Assembly: GCA_031409275.1 (NCBI GenBank)
Contig: JANNXA010000040.1
Location: 160,001-224,000 of the forward strand
Direction of reading: 5' to 3'
DNA from: Planctomycetota bacterium
GTDB taxonomy: Bacteria > Planctomycetota > B15-G4 > SIAN01
DNA: 64,000 nt
The notes under the pieces were generated by a model, which searched no databases, had not been told where the DNA came from, and worked only from the letters and a program-made list of their open reading frames with translations. Position numbers and translations under genes: made by a program. Positions 28,546 through 37,941 of the stretch are shown one piece after another. The first letter of the stretch is position 1; each line of letters starts with the position of its first letter.

Positions 28546-30160
28546 AGCCGGCGCCCGGCCGCGCTGGCCGAGCTGGTTCGCCCTCGTCTTCGTGTTCGCG
28601 GCGTGCAGTCGCGACGACGGCAGCGCGGCGTCGCGCGGTCCGCTGTCGGCCCGCGATCCGCGCCCCTTCACACCGTGGCGCCCGATCGACGCGCCTTCGC
28701 CGTTCCCCGACCGCGAGTGGTACTGGCAGGAAGTCTTCGCGACCGCGCCAGCGCCCGAACCGCTGCCCGCCGACCCCGCCGCGGCGAGCGAGATCTCGGC
28801 GACGCTCGAGCGCATCGCTGGGCTGGAACTGCTGCAGTCGGAAGCGGAGTTGCCCGGCCTCGTCGCGCTGGCGCGACGCGACCTCGCGGCGCTGCTGACG
28901 GGGCTCGACGATGCGCGCGGCGAAGTTCGCTTCGCGGTGGCGCGGGTCATGGTCCGGTTGATGGCTTCGCGCTCGCGACCGGAGGGCTGCCCCTTCCCGC
29001 AACGGCTGGTCGCGGCCGCATCCTCGCACCTGCGCGATCGCGCCGATGAGGTCGCGCTGCTCCACCTCGAGACGATCGCCCGCGGCGGCTACGCGTGGAG
29101 CCAGCCGGTGCTGCTGAAGACGTTCGGCAAGCTCGACAACCACCGACTCACGGTGCTGCGCGTGCGCGCGGCAGCGCAACTCGCGCGACAGGGTTGCTAC
29201 GGCGGCGTGCCGCTGCTGATCAAGGCGCTGAGGGAAGGGACTTCGATCCAGGACGACTTGAACCGCGAGTGGGATCCCTCCTTCCAGACGGCGTGGTGGA
29301 AAGAAGAGGCGATGGCCGGCATCGAGGCGGTCGCCGGCGAACGCTTCGGCCACTCCCCTGACGCCTCCGACGCCGATCAAGTCGCCGCCATCCGCCGCAT
29401 CGAAGCGTGGTGGAGCGCGCACGCGATCGAGCGCTGGGCGGCCGCGCCGCCGCTGCTCGACCCTGAACTCGTGGCGCGCGTCCATCTCCTGATCGATTCG
29501 TTCGGCACGTTCCAGCTGCGCAACGTCGACAACGCTGGCTTCCTGCTGAAGGGGCTTGGCCCCGGCGTCGTCCCGATCCTCTTTCAGGCGCTCGATGGCT
29601 CGAGCTTCCGCGTGCGGCGTCACGTGCTGGCGGCGCTGGCCGACCTCGCACCGCTGGTGGCGCCCGAGCTCCGTGAGCGCTGGCTCACCCGCTTCTTGCC
29701 GTTGCTGACGGAAGCGGGCGGCGAGCTACGCGTCTTCGCACTGCAGGCGGTCGGCGCCCTACGCATCGACGCGGCGCTTCCGCACCTGGAAGCCGCGCTG
29801 CGCCCGGAGGACAAGGAGCTCTGCGAGACGGCGCTGCTCCAGATCGCCTCGCAGTCCCCACGACTGGCCCGAGAGGTGCTACAACGCTTCGCGACGAAGC
29901 TGCCCTCCGCGCACCTTCTGACCACACCGCTCCAGGCGGCGAGGTTGCGCGCGGGCGATCTCGAACCGCTGCCCGACTACTTTCGAAAGCTGTCGGGTGA
30001 AGCGGGGCCGGACGCGCGCGCGCAGCTCTACCTCAGCTGGATCGTCGACGTCGACGGTTGGTCCGATGCCAAGAGCGTGGAGGAACGGCGCGCCGCGCTG
30101 CAACGGATCGAAACCGAGATCCGCGCGCGCGCCGCGGCTTCGTCCGGGAGCTCGCCATGA
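28520..30160 (+). CDS. HEAT-repeat lipoprotein
   Basis: Lipobox-like FAAC; HEAT repeats (LDDARGEVRFAVA, LDGSSFRVRRHVLAAL). Confidence 0.6.
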   Translation: MIRRSTCAEAGARPRWPSWFALVFVFAACSRDDGSAASRGPLSARDPRPFTPWRPIDAPSPFPDREWYWQEVFATAPAPEPLPADPAAASEISATLERIAGLELLQSEAELPGLVALARRDLAALLTGLDDARGEVRFAVARVMVRLMASRSRPEGCPFPQRLVAAASSHLRDRADEVALLHLETIARGGYAWSQPVLLKTFGKLDNHRLTVLRVRAAAQLARQGCYGGVPLLIKALREGTSIQDDLNREWDPSFQTAWWKEEAMAGIEAVAGERFGHSPDASDADQVAAIRRIEAWWSAHAIERWAAAPPLLDPELVARVHLLIDSFGTFQLRNVDNAGFLLKGLGPGVVPILFQALDGSSFRVRRHVLAALADLAPLVAPELRERWLTRFLPLLTEAGGELRVFALQAVGALRIDAALPHLEAALRPEDKELCETALLQIASQSPRLAREVLQRFATKLPSAHLLTTPLQAARLRAGDLEPLPDYFRKLSGEAGPDARAQLYLSWIVDVDGWSDAKSVEERRAALQRIETEIRARAAASSGSSP

Positions 30161-32193
30161 ACCTCGGACGCTCGCTCTGGGTGGTGCGGATGATCGTCGT
30201 CGGCCTCGTCGCGTCGAGCGGCGTAGAGGCTTCGACGCTGAAGTCGTTGGCGGCCGGGGATGGCAAGGCCACCGCGGGCGGCAACGACAAGCCAACCGGC
30301 GGCTCCGGCAAACCAGCGGGCGGCGGCGGGAAACCGGCGGGCGGCGGCGGCCAGGCCGGCGGCAAGCCCGCGGGCGGCGCTCCGAGTGGCGGCAATCCGA
30401 GTGGCGGCAATCCGAGCGGCGGCAATCCGAGTGGCGGCAAGCCGAGCGGCGGCGCCCCGAGCGGCGGCGCCCCGAACAATGGCGGCGGCAAGCCGAGCGG
30501 CGCCGGCAACGCTGGCAACAGCAACAGCGGTGGCGGCAAGCCAGGCGGCGCGGCGCCGATCAATGGTGGCGGCAAGCCGACCGGTGGCGGTGGCGCTCCG
30601 CCGTCGGCGAATGGCGGACGTCCCGCCACCCCACCGGTGGTGGCGCCTCCGCCGAAGGCCACGCCCCCTCCGACACGTGGCGTCACCCCGCCGCGCACGC
30701 CGGCGAACGATCCCGTTCGACCGGTCGAGCCGCGTCGCAACGGCGGCGGCAATGAACGCGACAACGACTCCGCGCACCGCGCTCGCCCGACGCTCCCCAC
30801 TCCTGCGCCGGCACCGACCCGCACGACGCCGACGCCGCCCCGCAACGAAGGCGAGGCGGCGCGCCGCGGCGGCGGCGCCCCTTCGACCGGGTCGCCGATC
30901 GTGGCCCCGACCCCTTCGCCACGCGACATCCGCGACCCGCGTGACGTCCGCGACGCGCGTGACGTCCGCGACGCGCGCGACCTGCGTGACGAGCGGCGCC
31001 GCGACGCCGATCCTTCCGCCGATCGCGCGGAGCGTCCCGTTGGCAACGACTCCGAAGCGCGCCGTCGTCCCGAGTCGCGCGAGCCGGACGCCCCGGCTGC
31101 CGACGCGCGCGACGCGGCTCGCCGCCGCTCGCAGCTCGAGGTGATGCGCGATCGCCGGCAGAGCGAACGAGGCCGCGACCTCGTGCCGAACCAGCCGAAT
31201 GCGCCGACGGAAACGGCCGCGATCCCCGAGCACTCGCCACGCTTCCAGCCGGTGGTGCGTCGATTGCCGCGCGACACCGTGCCGCCGAATCGCGGCACGC
31301 CTTCGACGACGACGCCCGTCACGAGCCCGCCGGTGACGAACGTGAACGTCGACGTGGAGGTGAACGTCGACACCTCTTCGCACCACTCGCGCCACCATCA
31401 CGACGGCGTGGACGTCGCCTTCTATTTCGGTGACTCCGGCAACCGCCACCCGTGCTGGACCGATCCCTGCGGCATCCGCTACGGCTACGTCTTCTGCGGC
31501 TCGAGCCTCTGGTGGTACCGCTGGTCCCCCCATTGCGAGCCGTGCTTCACGCCCTACTACTACTACTGGTCGCCGAGCTGCTACTGGCTGCCGTCGTACT
31601 ACCCGACCTATGCGACGGTCTATGTCGTCCACGACGACGTGGTCCTGCCTGCTGACGCGAGCAGCGAAGTGACCGTGCCGGCGCCCGGCGTCGACGCCGC
31701 GCAGCGGATGAGCGACGGCTTCGCCGCCTTCGCCGCCGGCAGCTACGGCGATGCGCTCGAATCGTTCCGTCTGGCCGTGCTGGCGCAACCGGACGACCCG
31801 TTCGCGAAACTCGCCATGGCACAAGCGCTCTTCGCCATCGGCAACTACGGCGACGCGGCGTTCCTGCTGCGGCGCGCCGGAGATCTGCTGCCGGACTGGC
31901 CGGTGGTCGGCGAGGACCCGCGCGGACGCTACGGCGATCCGGCCGACCACTTCGAGCAGATGGTGGCGCTGCGCGCCTTCCTCGATCGCATTCCGGGAGA
32001 GCCGTCGGCGACGCTCGTGCTCGCGCTGCAGGCGTATTTCACCGGCGACCTCGCCGTCGCCCGCGACGCGTTCGCGGCGCTGGCGACGCTGGATCCGGAA
32101 GATCCGCTGGCGCGTCGCTTCCTCGATCGGCTCGGCCCTGCGCCAGCGACTGTCGCGCCCGCTCCCGATCTGCTCGCCCCGGCCGATCGCTGA
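30157..32193 (+). CDS. Secreted low-complexity (Gly/Pro, Arg/Asp, Tyr/Trp/Cys-rich) protein with C-terminal TPRs
   Basis: ATGA overlap at 30157; signal peptide; PSGG repeats; TPR (AMAQALFAIGNYGDAAFLLRRA). Confidence 0.7.
   Translation: MNLGRSLWVVRMIVVGLVASSGVEASTLKSLAAGDGKATAGGNDKPTGGSGKPAGGGGKPAGGGGQAGGKPAGGAPSGGNPSGGNPSGGNPSGGKPSGGAPSGGAPNNGGGKPSGAGNAGNSNSGGGKPGGAAPINGGGKPTGGGGAPPSANGGRPATPPVVAPPPKATPPPTRGVTPPRTPANDPVRPVEPRRNGGGNERDNDSAHRARPTLPTPAPAPTRTTPTPPRNEGEAARRGGGAPSTGSPIVAPTPSPRDIRDPRDVRDARDVRDARDLRDERRRDADPSADRAERPVGNDSEARRRPESREPDAPAADARDAARRRSQLEVMRDRRQSERGRDLVPNQPNAPTETAAIPEHSPRFQPVVRRLPRDTVPPNRGTPSTTTPVTSPPVTNVNVDVEVNVDTSSHHSRHHHDGVDVAFYFGDSGNRHPCWTDPCGIRYGYVFCGSSLWWYRWSPHCEPCFTPYYYYWSPSCYWLPSYYPTYATVYVVHDDVVLPADASSEVTVPAPGVDAAQRMSDGFAAFAAGSYGDALESFRLAVLAQPDDPFAKLAMAQALFAIGNYGDAAFLLRRAGDLLPDWPVVGEDPRGRYGDPADHFEQMVALRAFLDRIPGEPSATLVLALQAYFTGDLAVARDAFAALATLDPEDPLARRFLDRLGPAPATVAPAPDLLAPADR
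30382..30471 (+). repeat. 15-bp tandem repeat, 6 copies (CCGAGYGGCGGCRMN), encoding PSGG[N/K/A]
   Basis: Directly visible tandem units within the CDS. Confidence 0.85.
30922..30993 (+). repeat. 9-bp tandem repeat, 8 copies (CGYGACNNN), encoding RDx
   Basis: RDIRDPRDVRDARDVRDARDLRDE. Confidence 0.8.
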
Positions 32194-32229
32194 GCCGTCC
32201 GACCCGCGCGAGGAACTGTTTGCGAGCGC

Positions 32230-33099
32230 TCATCGACGGCGGTCGGCAAGACGCAGGCCGACGACGTCGCGCGGACGGGTGACGCGCCGATCGGCGGCGC
32301 GCGTCAACCGCAGCTGCTCCTTCGTGCCCGCCTTGTAGTTGCCGCCGCGGACTCCGAGCGCCCCGTCTGGCAGCACGACCCACTCGGAGAGCGACGAGCA
32401 GAAGTCGAAAGCGCCGCACGGCGCGCGATCGGCCGCTTCGCTCGCCGATTCAGGCGGCAGGCCGTCGCTGCGCCACGCGCTCGAATCGGGTCCGCGCAGG
32501 CGCGCCTCGAACTGCTGCCCCCACGGGTAGGCCGACGGCGTTCCGCCGTGCGCGGCCGCTTCCCATTCGTCGCTGGTCGGCAATCGACCGCCGGCCCACG
32601 CGGCGAAACGTCGGGCGTCGTCGCCGCTCATCCCACCGACCGGAACACGCTCCGCTCCGTACGAATAGCGACCGCCACGCCAACCCTGCGGCGCAGCGCC
32701 GCCTTCCGCCCGAAGAAAACTCCACCACTCGTAGCTGCTGACCTCGATGTCGTCGATCGTGTACGCGGCGAGTTCGATGTCGCGTGGGGGGTTCTGATCA
32801 GGCGGGAAGGAGGAGCCGACGCGCCGCACGCCAGCCGCCATCGGCAACGGCACGGCTCGACGCGGCCGATGAGCGCGAACGTATTCGAGCGCGGTGCGCG
32901 CCTCGAAACCGGCCGGCGCGACGGCGGCCGCCAGCTCGGAGTCGAGCTCCGCAGGCAGGGCGAGCAATCCAGCCTGGGCGGCGAGTCGCTCGCTGCGGCT
33001 GGGCGCCGCGAGCGCCGCGACGAGTTCCTCGACGGTGAGCGCGCGCGCCGATGCGGCGGCGCCCCACCAGGCGATCAGGAGAAATCGAACTGGTACCAC
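32230..33099 (-). CDS. FGE-sulfatase (SUMF1) domain protein
   Basis: RLPTSDEWEAAAHG, YPWG, SEW, RGG, VGLR; signal-like N-terminus. Confidence 0.8.
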   Translation of the reverse strand: MVPVRFLLIAWWGAAASARALTVEELVAALAAPSRSERLAAQAGLLALPAELDSELAAAVAPAGFEARTALEYVRAHRPRRAVPLPMAAGVRRVGSSFPPDQNPPRDIELAAYTIDDIEVSSYEWWSFLRAEGGAAPQGWRGGRYSYGAERVPVGGMSGDDARRFAAWAGGRLPTSDEWEAAAHGGTPSAYPWGQQFEARLRGPDSSAWRSDGLPPESASEAADRAPCGAFDFCSSLSEWVVLPDGALGVRGGNYKAGTKEQLRLTRAADRRVTRPRDVVGLRLADRRR

Positions 33100-34148
33100 A
33101 GGTCGGCTCCACAGGGACTCAAGCGAGCAGCGGTTGGCGGCGGCAACGGCGGCAGCATCGGTACGAGCGCGCCGGCGTCACGTGGCGCGACGAAGATCCA
33201 GGCGCGATCGACGACGCGCGCGGCGAGGAAGGCGGCGGCGACGTTCGGCCCACCCTCGACCAGCAGGCGACGCACGCCGCGCTGATGGAGCGCTGGCAGC
33301 AGTTCGCCGTCGAGGTCGTGCGGATCGTGCAACGGGAGATGGAGGACCCCCGCCGGCACGGAAGCCGCCGGACGCGCGTGCGTCTCCGTCACCCACCACG
33401 TCGGCGCGGCGCCGTCGACGAAACAGCGGGCGCTCGCCGGCACCCGCGCGCGGCCATCGACGACGACGCGCACGAGCGGCCGCGGACCGGGCGGACGCGC
33501 GGTCAGCTGCGGATCGTCGCGCAGCACCGTTCCTGAACCGACCAGGATCGCGTCCACGCGCGCGCGAAGTTCGTGCCCCTTCGCGCGCGCCGCGTCGCCG
33601 GAGATCCAGCGCACGGTGGGGTCGGCGTTCTGCCAACCACCGTCCTGGCCCTCGGCCCACTTGAGGAAGACGAACGGACGTGCCCGCCCGAGATGCGCGG
33701 CAAAACGGGCGATCAGCGCTTTGGACTCCGGCGAGTCGACGAGTGCCACGTCGATGCCGCTCGCCTTCAGCTGCGCGAGGCCGGCTCCCGCGTGACGCGG
33801 ATCGGGATCGAGCGCGCCGACGACGACGCGCGACACTCCCGCCGCGCGCAACGCTTCGACGCACGGCGGCTGCTTCTTCGCTCCGCCACGGGCACTGCAC
33901 GGCTCGAGCGTCACCACCAGCGTCGCGCCGCGCGCGGCGTCGCCGGCCACCGCGAGCGCCTCCGCTTCGGCGTGCAGGCTGCCCCATTCCCGATGAAAGC
34001 CCTCGCCCACTCTCCGCTCGCGCTGCAGCAGGACGGCGCCGACCGGCGGATTGGGCTCGACCGCGCCGACCCCAAGACCGGCCAGCTCGATCGCACGCGC
34101 GAGCGCTGCCGCCTCCGGTGGTGCCAACGAGTGGACGGGCGCGTTCAT
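33075..34148 (-). CDS. ribD: Riboflavin biosynthesis deaminase/reductase RibD
   Basis: PNPPVGAV, HAE, TLEPC..PPC, DAILVGSGTVLRDDPQLT, LLVEGG. Confidence 0.92.
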   Translation of the reverse strand: MNAPVHSLAPPEAAALARAIELAGLGVGAVEPNPPVGAVLLQRERRVGEGFHREWGSLHAEAEALAVAGDAARGATLVVTLEPCSARGGAKKQPPCVEALRAAGVSRVVVGALDPDPRHAGAGLAQLKASGIDVALVDSPESKALIARFAAHLGRARPFVFLKWAEGQDGGWQNADPTVRWISGDAARAKGHELRARVDAILVGSGTVLRDDPQLTARPPGPRPLVRVVVDGRARVPASARCFVDGAAPTWWVTETHARPAASVPAGVLHLPLHDPHDLDGELLPALHQRGVRRLLVEGGPNVAAAFLAARVVDRAWIFVAPRDAGALVPMLPPLPPPTAARLSPCGADLWYQFDFS

Positions 34149-34155
34149 CGCCGAC

Positions 34156-35505
34156 TCACGCTCCCGGGACCAGCTCTCCGGAGAGGCTGAGCGCCGTCGC
34201 ATCGCCGATGCGCACCGGGACGATCTGCCCCTTCAGCGCGGCATCGCCGCGGAAGTGCACGATGCGGTTCGCCGACGTCCGGCCGGTGAGCACCGCCGCG
34301 TTGCGTTTGCTCGGCCCCTCGACCAGCGCGTGTTCGATGCTGCCGATGCGCGCGCGATTGCGGCGCCGCTGGATCTCGTCTTGCGCGTGCAACAGTTCAT
34401 GGTTGCGCGCCTCCTTCACCGCCTGGGGCACGTCGTCCACCATGCGCTCCACCGCTGCGGTGCCCGGTCGCGCCGAGTACTTGAAGATGAACGCCTGCAC
34501 GAACTCGGCGCGTCGAACCAGCTCCATGGTGGCCGCGAACTCGTCGTCGGTCTCGCCGCAGAAACCGACGATCAGGTCGGTCGCGAGCTCGATCTTCGGC
34601 GCGACCGCTCGCAGCCGATCGGAAAGGCGCAGGTACGACTCCGCCGTGTAGCCGCGCGCCATCCGCTTGAGGCAGCTGTTCGAGCCCGACTGCACCGGCA
34701 GGTGCAGGTAGGAGACCACCTTCTCGCAATCCTGCAGCGACTGCATGAGGTCGGGCGTCAGCAAGGTCGGGAACGAGGTGACGAAGCGCAGCCGAAGCAG
34801 TCCGTCGATGCGATCGAGTCGCCGCAAGAGCCTCGCCAACGAGGCGTCACCGCCCGACTTGCGCCCGTACGCATTGACGATCTGCCCGAGCAGCGTGATG
34901 TCGACCACGCCATCGGCAACGAGCGCGCGGACCTCCGCTTCGAGGTCCTCCATCGAGCGCTCGACTTCGGCGCCGCGCGTCCGCGGGACGACGCAGAAGG
35001 TGCAGGCGCGATCGCAGCCGCGCTGGATCGTGACGAACGCCGAGTGCTTCTGCGGCCGCTGCGCGAGGTCGCGCCGGCCATCGGGCAGCGGGTCGTGCTC
35101 GCCGAGCGCCACGATCGGGCCGCTGCCGCCACGCACGCGCTCGACGAGCTCGTCGATGCGCCCGAACTCGCGCGTGCCGCAGAGGATGTCGACGTGGGGA
35201 AAACGTTCGAGCAGCGCTTCGCCCTCGCGTTGCGCCATGCAGCCGAGGACGGCGACCACGAGGCCCGGATGGCGCTCCTTCGCCCCGCGCAACTCGTAGA
35301 GGCGCGCACGAACGCGCTCTTCGGCATGGTCGCGCACGGCGCAGGTGTTGAAGGCGACGACGTCGGCGTCGTCCCGGCGCGACGTGAAGACGTAGTGACG
35401 CGCGGCGAGCCGTCCGCGGACGAGCTCGGAGTCGAGGAAGTTCATCTGGCAGCCGAAGGTCTCGAGGAAGACTTTTGGCGGCGGAGCAGCGACGTCGGGT
35501 TCCAT
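34156..35505 (-). CDS. miaB: tRNA-2-methylthio-N6-isopentenyladenosine synthase MiaB
   Basis: TFGCQMN, NTCAVRDHAE, GCMAQ, CDRACTFCVVP, HLPVQSGSN, YSARPGT, TRAM domain. Confidence 0.95.
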   Translation of the reverse strand: MEPDVAAPPPKVFLETFGCQMNFLDSELVRGRLAARHYVFTSRRDDADVVAFNTCAVRDHAEERVRARLYELRGAKERHPGLVVAVLGCMAQREGEALLERFPHVDILCGTREFGRIDELVERVRGGSGPIVALGEHDPLPDGRRDLAQRPQKHSAFVTIQRGCDRACTFCVVPRTRGAEVERSMEDLEAEVRALVADGVVDITLLGQIVNAYGRKSGGDASLARLLRRLDRIDGLLRLRFVTSFPTLLTPDLMQSLQDCEKVVSYLHLPVQSGSNSCLKRMARGYTAESYLRLSDRLRAVAPKIELATDLIVGFCGETDDEFAATMELVRRAEFVQAFIFKYSARPGTAAVERMVDDVPQAVKEARNHELLHAQDEIQRRRNRARIGSIEHALVEGPSKRNAAVLTGRTSANRIVHFRGDAALKGQIVPVRIGDATALSLSGELVPGA

Positions 35506-35536
35506 GGGCCGCGCGAGGATAGCGCGGCGGCGCGGC

Positions 35537-36628
35537 TCAAGAGGAGGCGGCTGCCTCGGCGAACCGCTCCTTGTTCTTCTCGAACCACTCCTCCCACGCC
35601 TTGACGCCCTTCTCACGGTCGGACGGCGTGCCGTCGACGACGTTGAAGCGCTGGTTGTTGCCGGTCAGCGCGACGAGCGCGTCCTGCGCCTCCTCGCGGA
35701 CGATCAGCTCGCTGTCGCGCAACAGTTTGATCAAGCGGCCGACGGCGGGTCGCGCGTTGAGTTCCCGCATCGCGCTGATGACGCGGAACTTGACGAAGGT
35801 GTCGCTGTCGGCGAGCAGCGGGAGCAAGTACGGCACGACCACGGGGTCGCGCTTCTTCGCGAGCCGATCGACCGCCTGCCAACGGACTCCTTCGTCCTTG
35901 CTCGCGAGTTCGCCGACCAGCTTGGCCGATTCGGCATCGAGCTTCGGCTCGGTCTGAGCCTCGGGGCCCGGCGCGCCCGCGCCTTCGACCGCGGCCGCGG
36001 GCCCGGGCGCCGAATTGCCGATGGCCGTGACGCGCGCAGCGAGTCCCTGCGCAAGGTTCTTCAGCTCTCCGAGCTCGTGATCGAAGCGACCCTGGACGAG
36101 CTCGAGTCGCTGCACGACTTCGCGATCGGAGCGCAACGAGCCCAGCAGGGTCGAGATCTCCTGGTTCGCGCGCTCGGTCGTCTCGATCCGGTGCAGTTGA
36201 TCCGCCAGCGCGGCGCGCAGCGCCGCCGGCTCGTTGGCGAACTTCTCCACGCGAGTCGCGATCGACTCGAGGCGCCCGCGCGCGGCCGCGCCATCTTCGA
36301 GCAGCCGATCGAGCGTCTTCTCCACGCCATCGAGGCGACCACGCAGGTCGGGTTGCGCGTCGAGGCGCGTCCGTGCATCGAGCGCATGGAAGAGCCCGGC
36401 GCCGCCGACTCCGAGCGCCGCCAACGCGATCAGCGTGACGGCGAAACCGCCGCCCCCCCCGCGCGTGCTTGCCATCACCATGGCCGGCGCTCCGGCCGTG
36501 GCCGCGCTGCCGGCCGGAGGAACGCACTTCGCGCAGATCATCTTCCCGCGCGCGGTGGTCACGCGGCTGTTCTCGAGGTCTTCCTGCTTGATGCTCTCGT
36601 TGCAGAGATCGCAGAAGTAGATCTTCAC
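35537..36628 (-). CDS. Zn-finger + TM + coiled-coil + HEAT-repeat protein
   Basis: CDLC..CAKC N-terminus, single TM, heptad region, three HEAT repeats. Confidence 0.7.
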   Translation of the reverse strand: MKIYFCDLCNESIKQEDLENSRVTTARGKMICAKCVPPAGSAATAGAPAMVMASTRGGGGGFAVTLIALAALGVGGAGLFHALDARTRLDAQPDLRGRLDGVEKTLDRLLEDGAAARGRLESIATRVEKFANEPAALRAALADQLHRIETTERANQEISTLLGSLRSDREVVQRLELVQGRFDHELGELKNLAQGLAARVTAIGNSAPGPAAAVEGAGAPGPEAQTEPKLDAESAKLVGELASKDEGVRWQAVDRLAKKRDPVVVPYLLPLLADSDTFVKFRVISAMRELNARPAVGRLIKLLRDSELIVREEAQDALVALTGNNQRFNVVDGTPSDREKGVKAWEEWFEKNKERFAEAAASS

Positions 36629-36718
36629 GTTCCCCTTCCTTTCGTCAGCTCGGGCCCCCGCCCGTTCCGTGCCGCGATCCGCAACCGCTGGCGCCCGGAT
36701 CGAAGCACGCGTCTTCTC

Positions 36719-37168
36719 TCAAGTGCAGATTTCGGCGGCGGCAACGGCGAGCAGTGCCATTCCCGTCAAGTACGCCACCATCCCGACCACGGTCGGCGCC
36801 GCCGCGAGGAGCTGCTCGCGCGGCGCGAGGACGACGTCGGGCGGGATCGAGTCGATTGCGATCGGGATCGACAGCTGATGGCAGCGTGAGCAGTAGAGCT
36901 GCCGGAACGGGATCAGCTCGCCGCATGCCGCGCACGGCTTGATCCGGTCGGCATCCTCGTCCTGCTTCGCGCGCGCGCCGCATTGCGGACAGGGATCCTG
37001 GTCGAAGCGCAGGATCACGCCGCACTGCAGGCACGGGCGCACGCGATCGTCGTCGGCCGGGGCACCGGCGCCCGCGGCGCCGCAGGCACCGCAGCGAAGT
37101 GCCGAGAACGGCATCAGCGCACCGCAACGAACGCAGGGACGGATCCGCTCCGAGCGAGTCGCGGACAT
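36719..37168 (-). CDS. Triple zinc-ribbon membrane-anchored protein
   Basis: Six CxxC motifs (CVRC, CGAC, CLQC, CPQC, CAAC, CSRC) and a C-terminal TM helix; GGAG RBS. Confidence 0.7.
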   Translation of the reverse strand: MSATRSERIRPCVRCGALMPFSALRCGACGAAGAGAPADDDRVRPCLQCGVILRFDQDPCPQCGARAKQDEDADRIKPCAACGELIPFRQLYCSRCHQLSIPIAIDSIPPDVVLAPREQLLAAAPTVVGMVAYLTGMALLAVAAAEICT

Positions 37169-37280
37169 CGGAACTGCTCCTGACGGCACGGCGAACGAGC
37201 CGCGACCGGGGCGGCAGGTCGCCGCGCTCCGGGAGCGCTCGTCGCCGGATCAACGGCGCGGATGATACGCCGCGAGCCGC

Positions 37281-37868
37281 CTAGCTCCGCGTCTTGTCCA
37301 CGCTGGCGTACCAGCTGCGCCACTGCGCGATGGCCGCCTGGCGCGTGGCCGAATCGCCGTCGATCGAATAGCCGAAATCTCGCGAGGTGGTCGCGCTGAG
37401 CTGTTCGTGACAGCGGTAGCGCACCCCCGACTCGGGGTGGTCGAGCCCATCGATCAGGATCGGCAGGACATCCCACTCGCCACGGGCGGCAAGCCCGGTC
37501 GCGGCCTCGAAGCGAACCGTGGAGTCCTCGTCCTCGAGCCCATCTCGCAGCGTCGCTTCGATGACCTTCATCCGATGCGGCTGCTCGATGTCCTTGATCT
37601 GCGCGAGGACGTACATCGCGTTGCTGCGCAGGCGCGCGTTCTCGTCCTTGGCGAGCTCTGCCATCTGGTCGACCGCGAAGACGTCGTAGGCGATCAGGCG
37701 TCGCAGATCAGCGAACAGCGTCGGGCCGTTGCCGATGCGAACCGACTGGACGATCGTCGCGATCTGACGCTGGATCTCGTGGTTCGCGGGGTGGCTGTCG
37801 ATCGGATCGGAAGCACACCCGACCAGCGTCATCCCACCGACGAACAGGAAGCAGCGCAAAAGGCTCAT
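37281..37868 (-). CDS. HEAT-repeat lipoprotein
   Basis: Lipobox LVGC; LEDEDSTVRFEAA, LDHPESGVRY. Confidence 0.7.
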   Translation of the reverse strand: MSLLRCFLFVGGMTLVGCASDPIDSHPANHEIQRQIATIVQSVRIGNGPTLFADLRRLIAYDVFAVDQMAELAKDENARLRSNAMYVLAQIKDIEQPHRMKVIEATLRDGLEDEDSTVRFEAATGLAARGEWDVLPILIDGLDHPESGVRYRCHEQLSATTSRDFGYSIDGDSATRQAAIAQWRSWYASVDKTRS

Positions 37869-37941
37869 CGCTCGACTCCACGCAGAAAATCGTTCCGTTC
37901 GATCCATCGGCCGAATCGCCGTGGGAGCTTGAGGAGGACGA

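Noticed and set aside
30382..30993. CRISPR-like repeats
   Set aside because: Units are contiguous multiples of 3 without spacers and encode low-complexity peptide; no cas genes
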